This document shows, piece after piece, positions 1-5,201 of a stretch of 5,201 nt of DNA. Within the stretch, counting starts at the first letter, position 1. Each line of letters begins with the position of its first letter. The stretch is from Zygophlyctis sp. KS116. Lineage: Eukaryota; Fungi; Chytridiomycota. The notes under the pieces were generated by a model that was not told the DNA's origin, ran no database searches, and saw only the letters and a list, made by a program, of their open reading frames with translations. A program made the position numbers and the translations under genes. The stretch spans positions 1 to 5,201 of the forward strand of contig BAAFSQ010000494.1 of the NCBI GenBank assembly GCA_054661495.1, given 5' to 3'.

Positions 1-678
1 TGCATTCTGAGTCTGATCTAGAATGTCGGGATCTATAGTCATCAGAAAATTAATTACATTCCACGATCCGAGAGTGCAGAATCAAGTTGTTCAGCTGTCA
101 AATCCTTCAAATCCATTTTTTTCAAATACTCGTCATCTTTCTGTAGATATTCTGTATGTGCAGAAATTCTGTTTGTAATCATTGATGATGTCCCAAATTT
201 GGCAAGATCAAATAATTTAGCAAATTCCTTTAATTCTGTTCGTTTAAAAGAAGTTGCAAGATAATGCTGTGGTTCTACTTTGGCATGCGAGCGTATATCG
301 TCTGGGAATGTAGAAATCTATCATCAATTATAGAAAGTATACCCATTTTTTAGCGATATCTAATCTGTTTTGAGCTAATTTCTGCTCTAGCGCCAATTTC
401 TGATCTGGAGTTAAGAACACTGATGGTAATACATTAATTCCTCTCGCTAAGATCAAGGGAATTACTTCTGGTAGCAATAGAAGAACTAAACCGAATGCCG
501 CTGATTTTCTTACATCTGCATTAACTCTGTGTACCAGTAGATAATCGCTTCTTGTCCATTTATTAGTGTCTGGATTATCACGGATAAATGACCTGACTTG
601 TTTTGATTGCTGATACAAAAGTTTGGAGCCAATCAAGGACTGTCTAGAGGTATTATATAATGTTTTTATAAAGTTCAT
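1..678 (-). CDS. LETM1-like (LETM1/LETMD1/Mdm38-related ribosome-binding domain) mitochondrial inner-membrane protein; exons 678-343, 317-58, 32-<1; 3' end lies outside the window
   Basis: Exon 1 has TRSDYLLVHRVNADVRKSAAFGLVLLLLPEVIPLIL...LPSVF, resembling the LETM1 'TR.E...L.R...D..++.PF' + TM helix + 'LPSTF' pattern. After removing intron 342-318 the frame continues KKW|ISTFPDD...ELKEFAKLFDLAKFGTSSMITNRISAHTEYLQKDDEYLKKMDLKDLTAEQLDSALSDRG, matching the LETM1 'l..DD..l....v..L+..EL..Ac..RG' motif. After intron 57-33 it continues ISRHSRSDSEC. Confidence 0.8.
33..57 (-). other. 25-nt spliceosomal intron (phase 2)
   Basis: GTAATTAATTTTCTGATGACTATAG; GT-AG, AT-rich, CTGAT/TGAC branch-like motif. 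Removal bypasses the in-frame TAA after ...DRG and leaves an open frame to the window edge. Only 32 nt of downstream exon are visible. Confidence 0.7.
318..342 (-). other. 25-nt spliceosomal intron (phase 0)
   Basis: GTATACTTTCTATAATTGATGATAG; removal joins ORF 678-343 to an 86-codon open frame carrying the second half of the LETM1 domain. Confidence 0.88.
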
Positions 679-789
679 TAGATCTCGGCCTACACACTAT
701 TGGCTCGACACGATCATCCAATTGTCTCGCTCTAAAGAATCGGACAATTATAAACCTCCGGTTAAAGTGGGAATCGTATAGCATTCATC

Positions 790-818
790 TATTAATTATT
801 TAAAATATATCTATTAGA
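790..818. promoter_or_regulatory. AT-rich island, probable bidirectional core promoter/TSS region
   Basis: TATTAATTATTTAAAATATATCTATTAGA lies between divergent genes, directly flanked by ATG 819 (+) and ATGs at 788/784 (-). Function is inferred. Confidence 0.4.
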
Positions 819-2740
819 ATGCAGAAAGGAGAAAATCCGTCGCCAGATGCAAAATATATGTCTGCTAAAAATAGAAGGACCTCATTCTCAGATGATCTAA
901 AGGCAGCAACAATTGACTCGACATCACATTCACCATTAAGAAGATTATCAGCATTACCAACCAAGATAAGCAGAGGAAAAGATTTTGCAGATCTTGGACC
1001 AAGCGTATTTTTACAATCTTCTCAAAAAAATCTACACGAACAAAAATATAAACCAAATAGCATCTTAGACATTAAAAACCTTCAAAAAGCTCCATCACTA
1101 TATGGTGGAGGATTCGAATCAATCATTAATAAGGTCTCAGACACGTACAAAATTCAAGATATTTTACCAAAGACTTCAAGCACAAACTATCTAATCAAAC
1201 AGGAATTATCAATCTCGCCTGGAGATCCATATGTTTTAGATTCTCTGGGTAGGCATAATACAGATAAAAGTGTGGATGATAGAAAAAGAAATATTCTCAA
1301 GGATAGAAAGAAATCTACGACTGAAGTTGACTGTTTGATGGAATCTTTTTCTTCTCGTGGTAAAAATGGATGGGGAGCAACAGTTGAATCCGATCCTTTG
1401 ATTTCATCTTTAGCATCAGGAATTACACGTAGGAAGAGTGCAATTGGAAAAAATATTGGGCAGGAACCAATTTCAATTCAAGAATCTGATCGTGGGTTGT
1501 TTGGCACTATTTTGATAGACGACGACTATATTCCGGAAAATGCAGAAATTTTCTCGAAAAGTGAAAATGAGGGAAGTAGGATGCTTCAAAAGTTGCTTAC
1601 TTTTGATAAAAGACCATTAATGCACACGGAAGATGATACTGAATCAGTTAAATCGTTTAATTCAAGCCATAGTGGTCATGAACTAGAATACTCGGATCAT
1701 TTATTGATGGAAAACTTTACTGGCCAACTTTTAAAAAAGAGGTCGACTATATCAGGGACAACTGTTTCAAAAATTAAGTCATTAGCCACATCTTCCAAGG
1801 AAACACAACAACTGGGAGTTTCAGGTGGGGATCCAAATCAGTTAGGCTTACCACAGTCTGAATTAATTTATAAAAGGAGAGCCAGCTTTGCCTCTACATT
1901 ATTAAATGCCCTACCAGTCCAAATTGAAGACTTGACACAATCATCAAAACCAAGACAAAAGATAGTAGTACCCACTCTAATTACAAAACCAGCCATTAAG
2001 CATGATTTCGATCAAACATCTAAAAATCTTACCCCCAAAATCGGAATTGACCATTCACATACCCCAAAAGTTAAAGAACACAAAGTTGTTATTGACCATG
2101 ACAAAACTACAAAAGCAATTGAATCATGGAAAAAATTAAGAGACGATTCTAAAGGTGTCCAAAATGATCCACCTCCACCTGTAAAGTTTATAGGCCTGGA
2201 AGAAGTTGTGTCTGTTGTAAAAGATCTGCAATCTTTGGGAATGGATGCAAAAGTGATGGTAATTTTTAAAATCTAAAGTTTTAGAAGGAAGTTGACAAAA
2301 CCACTCTAAAGTCTGTAATCGGAGTCAAGAAATGGGTTGCATCTTCAAAACAAAAGAAAATGAATGAAAATGCTGCTTTAAGAAAATTTATCAAAAGCAT
2401 AGATCACAGATTAGTAAATGAAATACCAAAACCTCTTTGCTCTAATCTTGTTACTGGCATGATCCCAGTTTTACTTAATCTCAAAAAAGAATATGCGTCT
2501 CAGTTAGGAGATAACCATGAATATATTGATAGATTGGACTCATTTATCGAATCTCTTAGTATAAAATCAGAATTTAAAAAGATAAAGTCAATTACAAATG
2601 AAAAACAAACCTGGTGGACACTATTATTTAAACGATTTCAATCTCAAAAGCGTGTTTCACCAATGATACAAAAGCCTGATACAGATGACTCTAAAGATTA
2701 CCTCTTACATATATCTATGAAGGTTGAAGACAAAGTATGA
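819..2740 (+). CDS. Hypothetical protein, ~631 aa spliced (exons 819-2258, 2285-2740); low-complexity Ser/Lys-rich N-terminal part and a helical-looking C-terminal part; true 3' end uncertain
   Basis: The 485-aa ORF and 126-aa ORF are joined in frame by intron 2259-2284 (...MDAKVM|KEVDKTTLKSVIGVKKWVASSKQKKMNENAALRK...). No family recognised. A GTATGA donor-like site at 2735 could indicate a further exon. Confidence 0.75.
2259..2284 (+). other. 26-nt spliceosomal intron (phase 0)
   Basis: GTAATTTTTAAAATCTAAAGTTTTAG; CTAA branch-like motif. Removal joins exon 1 to the 2360 ORF through 25 stop-free codons. Confidence 0.85.
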
Positions 2741-3065
2741 ACTTTATACCCGAGGGAACCTGTAGGCCCTGATTGCTTTTAACCGCTGATCAGTAAAAAA
2801 TTCCCAGTCGAGAGCAATTTTTATCTGATTGAAGGAGAGATGGACAATCAAGGATTACAAAATTCAGGCACAAAATCAGTCACAAATTCACTATTTTCAA
2901 ATGTAACTCTCTCGACATGGATTTCCCCTCCAGAAAAACCAGCTGTTTCTCCTCCAAAGTCTTTTGAATTACCAGTCGCCGCACCAGTGTGGTTGGCAAT
3001 GTATTAATATCTGGATCAGACTGTAAATTGTAGTAATTTTTGTGATCATTGTATTTCATGATTGA

Positions 3066-3077
3066 AATAAATATAAA
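3066..3077 (+). promoter_or_regulatory. Adjacent AATAAA (3066-3071) and TATAAA (3072-3077) elements just upstream of the PRO1 ATG
   Basis: Motifs seen directly. They could be a poly(A) signal for the upstream gene and a TATA-like element for PRO1, but the AT-rich background makes this weak. Confidence 0.3.
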
Positions 3078-3097
3078 TCTATCGGTTTAGATTTTTC

Positions 3098-4240
3098 ATG
3101 AAAATTGTAATTAAAGTTGGAACATCATCCATTTGCGATGAATCTTCTTTTACTCCTAAATTATCAAACATTGCTAGTCTAGTGCAAGTTATTGTGTCGC
3201 TTCGGCAAATGGGACATTCGGTCATGTTGGTGACTAGCGGGGCCGTTGGATTTGGACTTGTCCGCTTGCAGTTGAAGGAAAAGCCAAAAATACTTTCTCA
3301 AGTTCAGGCAGCAGCAGCGATTGGACAAGGACGATTAATGGCATTGTACGATTCACTATTTTCCCAATTTCAAGTCCCAATAGCTCAAGTATTACTGACA
3401 AGGGACAGTTTATCAGATAGAGGTCAGTATTTAAATGCCGTAAACACATTAAATGAATTATTGTCATTTAATGTATTGCCAATTGTAAATGAGAATGATA
3501 CAGTCTCACATACTGAATTAAGATTTGGTGATAATGATAGCTTAAGTGCAATCGCATCTGGAATGATAAAGGCCAATTTATTATTTCTATTAACAGGTAA
3601 TAATTAATTTTAAATATTAGATGTTGATGCTTTATACACGGGAAATCCACGAGAAGATCCTGATGCAAAACCTTTAAGAGTTGTCACTGATTTCAAGAGT
3701 CTAAGAGATACTATAAATGTATCTACTCCAGGATCAAGTATTGGAACTGGTGGAATGATTACAAAATTAGTAGCGGCAGAATTAGCATCGGCTGCAGGAA
3801 TTTCTACAATAATTACTCTAGGATCTGAGCCTCAAAGAATATTTAAAATTATACAGGATATTGATAATGGTTCAAAAATTACTAGTTTTGGTACCTTGTT
3901 TCTATCAAATGGTAGAACAATGGAAGATCGAAAATGGTGGATACTTCATGGTTTATATCCGTCTGGAACGATTACTATAGATGAAGGTGCAATCTCTAGT
4001 GTAAGAGCAAAAAGATCACTCTTTGCTGCAGGAATTAAAAATGTTGATGGAATCTTTAATTCTTCTCAAGCGGTAAAAATAATCTCTGAATCAAATATTG
4101 AAATTGCTAGAGGAATTGTTAATTATTCTTCAGTTGAATTATCAAGGATAAAGGGATCAAAGAGTAATCAAATCGTGAATATTTTGGGTTATTGTGAATC
4201 AGAGGAAGTGATTCATAGAAATAATATTGCCTTATTGTAA
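3098..4240 (+). CDS. PRO1: Glutamate 5-kinase (gamma-glutamyl kinase) with C-terminal PUA domain, 372 aa; exons 3098-3596 and 3621-4240
   Basis: Motifs IVIKVGTSS, LVTSGAV, QAAAAIGQGRLM, PIVNENDTV, FGDNDSLSA; spliced LLTDVDALYTGNPREDPDAK; GTGGMITKLVAA; PUA region IDEGA...SLFAAGI...IARGIVNYSS...IKG..S...VIHRNN. Confidence 0.97.
3597..3620 (+). other. 24-nt spliceosomal intron (phase 1), length 3n with in-frame TAA
   Basis: GTAATAATTAATTTTAAATATTAG; removal creates G|AT = Asp, restoring the conserved L(L)TDVD.LY..NP motif of glutamate 5-kinases. Confidence 0.95.
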
Positions 4241-4241
4241 C

Positions 4242-4589
4242 TTAATCTTGATTAGATCCATCTCTAGGTCTATATCTTATTCCTCTATCTTCTAATTCTT
4301 CTTCTACTTCTATTGGAAGTTTTCCGGATACTTTTATAGCATAAATTCCCTTTACAAATCTATCAGTCCTTTGCCATCTAGCAACCCATGATCTTGAAGG
4401 ATTCAATAGTCCAATCATACCATCAAATGTAGGAGAAGTACAATCTTGAACTCTATCACCCGATCCTCTCAATTTCAATATTTCATCACAATTATCACAT
4501 CCATCTTTTCGGAATTGACCATGTGTCTTGATCAATGAACATAACATACAAGCTCTTAGTTTCCTCTTGTCACTTGGCAGAGTTTCCAT
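4242..4589 (-). CDS. SPT4: Transcription elongation factor Spt4 (DSIF small subunit), 115 aa, intronless
   Basis: LRACMLCSLIKT..QF..DGCDNC zinc finger, CTSPTFDGMI, SWVARWQR, GIYAIKVSGKLP, YRPRDGS C-terminus. Confidence 0.98.
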   Translation of the reverse strand: METLPSDKRKLRACMLCSLIKTHGQFRKDGCDNCDEILKLRGSGDRVQDCTSPTFDGMIGLLNPSRSWVARWQRTDRFVKGIYAIKVSGKLPIEVEEELEDRGIRYRPRDGSNQD

Positions 4590-4610
4590 TTGACAAGGAA
4601 TGCCCTAGAC

Positions 4611-5201
4611 TTAAAGTAAATATTCATTTATTTCATTCTTGATTTCAGAATATGATATCCTACGAACAAAAGATAATTTATCATCATCATTTTCCACATC
4701 TATAAAGATATTCTGACAAGAGTAACAAAGACTGGAGAAAGTAGAGTCTGAATCCAATGATTTTTTAGATTTAATTGTTTCAAGAGTTTCATTTAAACTA
4801 GTATTCCAAAGAGTATGACTTTTTCTCCATTCTGAATCAGACATTAATCTTGGACCTTGACATAATATGCATAAACCATCTCCAAATTTCTGAGGGAGCC
4901 TTAAACATGTCTTTGTAATAATATTAATTGTTGACGGATGTTCTTTTTCCAATTGCATTAAAAAGCTTTTAGTGATATTTTGAATTGAACTAGTGTTATT
5001 TTCCTTTTCCTTTTCAGTAATATTAATATTAATACTTTGAGAATCTAGACCAAATATACTATTATAGTGAGCTACATCTGCATCTGTAATGTCATAAAGT
5101 GGCCTAACAAGTAAAAGTGAATGACCTTTATGCATAATATTCAAGGAGGGAGCTATATTTGAAGCCAAACCAAGACCCTTTCCAAGAGCAGTATCACTAA
5201 T
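4611..5201 (-). CDS. NCS2: Cytoplasmic tRNA 2-thiolation protein 2 (Ncs2/CTU2), C-terminal part; 5' end lies outside the window
   Basis: The frame is open to the window edge: ISDTALGKGLGL (the 'GRG' motif region), VRPLYDITDADVAHY, SIQNITKSFLMQLEKEHPSTINIITKTCLRL, CILC and LCYSC, ending EINEYLL. The ORF track's 'M' at 5168 is an internal TTG. Confidence 0.85.
   Translation of the reverse strand: MSDTALGKGLGLASNIAPSLNIMHKGHSLLLVRPLYDITDADVAHYNSIFGLDSQSININITEKEKENNTSSIQNITKSFLMQLEKEHPSTINIITKTCLRLPQKFGDGLCILCQGPRLMSDSEWRKSHTLWNTSLNETLETIKSKKSLDSDSTFSSLCYSCQNIFIDVENDDDKLSFVRRISYSEIKNEINEYLL

Noticed and set aside
684-716. CTCGGCCT...TTGGCT...GATCA resembling the U2 snRNA 5' end
   Set aside because: No GTGTAGTA branch-recognition sequence, wrong spacing and no Sm site.
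865-1056. 63-aa minus-strand ORF
   Set aside because: Antisense shadow of the long plus-strand CDS; no recognisable features.
2746-2762. ATACCCG...GAACCTG resembling a TPP riboswitch core
   Set aside because: Lacks the upstream CTGAGA and the downstream ATC.GG.TAAT.CC.GCG elements; no thiamine gene context.
2942-3049. Minus-strand frame giving a thioredoxin-like WCGDC after a hypothetical 30-nt intron
   Set aside because: The purine-rich intron is unlike the others, and the product is short with no thioredoxin fold context.
3234-3668. 77-aa and 66-aa minus-strand ORFs
   Set aside because: Antisense to the conserved PRO1 coding sequence.
3098-4240. PRO1 as a split gene/pseudogene or stop-codon readthrough
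   Set aside because: A 24-nt GT-AG intron exactly restores the conserved TDVD motif.
5009-5035. GTATTAATATTAATATTACTGAAAAG, an intron-like segment in NCS2
   Set aside because: Removing its 26 nt would break a continuous frame that has conserved motifs on both sides.
1-5201. Prokaryotic operon, CRISPR array, mobile element or alternative genetic code
   Set aside because: Eukaryotic-type Spt4, Ncs2 and LETM1 proteins plus spliceosomal introns; no repeat-spacer array, transposase or TIR; conserved proteins end at TAA.

Overview
An AT-rich, extremely gene-dense eukaryotic nuclear region using the standard genetic code; the protein content looks fungal-like, possibly an early-diverging lineage (inference). 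It holds five genes: a LETM1-domain mitochondrial-type protein (minus, 3'-truncated), an unknown ~631-aa Ser/Lys-rich protein (plus), glutamate 5-kinase PRO1 with PUA domain (plus), SPT4 (minus) and the C-terminal part of NCS2/CTU2 (minus, 5'-truncated). Four breaks in the reading frames are explained by tiny GT-AG spliceosomal introns of 24-26 nt (33-57, 318-342, 2259-2284, 3597-3620). Removing them restores the frames and, in PRO1, a conserved motif. Intergenic spacing is extreme: 1 nt between the convergent PRO1 and SPT4 stops, and 21 nt between tandem NCS2 and SPT4. Two stretches remain unexplained, 679-790 and 2741-3097; both contain hairpins and short ORFs.
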